NCBI GenBank assembly: GCA_964187785.1
Contig: OZ076409.1
Span: 100,008,001 to 100,072,000, forward strand
DNA length: 64,000 nt
DNA from: Amphiscolops sp. MND2022
Taxonomy: Eukaryota
Direction: 5' to 3'
Part shown: in pieces, positions 63,218-64,000 of the stretch
Layout: every line of letters begins with the position of its first letter
How positions within the stretch are numbered: the stretch's first letter is position 1
Program-made: the position numbers and the translations under genes
The notes under the pieces: model-generated
Database searches by the model: none
What the model saw: only the letters and a program-made list of their open reading frames with translations
Told to the model about the DNA's origin: nothing

Positions 63218-63446
63218 TTAGGAGCAATTGGTTCCGTGGATTTTCACTTCCTCCACGGGCCATGCAATTAGCTGGGTCTCGTTATATCTCCCGGAGTTTC
63301 CATAGCCGTCCAGATAGCACTTTTGGACTTCCAGAGTGAAGTGGACCATCCGGAACAAGGGTTTACAGAGGGTGTCATCTTTTCCCCTGGCCACAGCCAC
63401 TCCATAATCGAACTTGTCCCGGATTGTGCACAATAACTCGGGGTAC
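63218..63446 (-). CDS. Candidate terminal coding exon of an unidentified gene
   Basis: GC-richer open frame (YPELLCTIRDKFDYG...HGTNCS*) preceded by acceptor-like TTTGCTTGCAG; no recognisable homology. Confidence 0.25.
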
Positions 63447-63454
63447 CTGCAAGC

Positions 63455-63890
63455 AAACCAGGAACGTCATAAGTCGGTGCCCCACTTAAGGCTCAATAAA
63501 AGCAAAAAGATTTGAAAGTGTCAAGTATTCTCTTCCACAGTACACGAAAAACAAACCCAAAGGGGGACCGAACTGGCACGCTAAAAATGGGGACCCTTTG
63601 GATTTTTTAACATCCATTCTGTCGCAAAAATTCAAAACGTTTAAGGTACCCTTTGAAAACATTCGACGTTTTGAAAAAAAAACGAAACATAAAGATTTTG
63701 AACAGTCCCATAGTGCCGAAAAATGTAAAAGGGGACTCTTTGTTATTTTTCAACAATCTATTTTGTTGCAAAGTATCAAAAATTTGAAGGGGGACCCTTT
63801 GGAGACATTAAAAAACATTGCAAAAAAGTCTCACACTCCCAAAAAAATTGAAAGGGGGCCCTTTAGTCTTGTCCGGATTTCTATGTTAGG
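63455..63890 (-). mobile_element. Partial diverged DINE-1/HINE-like element, copy 6
   Basis: AGTCGGTGCC..AAGGCTCAA start and AAAGGGGG(A/G)CCCTTT internal repeats as in copy 1; other end not seen. Confidence 0.65.
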
Positions 63891-64000
63891 CTAAAAACGG
63901 AACTATTATTGTAGTTCAGCTCCAAATGTGTCGCAAGCTGCCGCTTCTGACGGTAACCTGTTTCAAATAATGACGGAGGGTTACGAGCACCAACCAGCAC

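Overview
Eukaryotic (animal-like, AT-rich) repeat-dominated window with no confidently identifiable host gene. It contains two young, unusually large Ty3/Gypsy LTR retrotransposons. Element A (501-16574, minus strand, 1.74-kb LTRs, TSD GTATG) has a gag ORF starting ~565 nt inside the LTR, an A-AAA-AAC -1 frameshift site, an extra ORF running over the PPT into the 3' LTR, and an antisense intron-containing gene that looks derived from a hAT transposase. Element B (24709-43556, plus strand, 711-bp LTRs) has a long leader, a gag-pol with an apparent dead protease copy before the active one, a C-terminal TARG1/OARD1-like macrodomain, and a separate 1423-aa third ORF. Also present are an older decayed BEL/Pao element (47974-55473) with a tRNA-like Pol III promoter in its LTRs, a truncated relative of element B (~57030-62032), six DINE-1/HINE-like elements, a TIR MITE and a foldback repeat. 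All protein domain assignments are by eye from motifs; no database searches were run.
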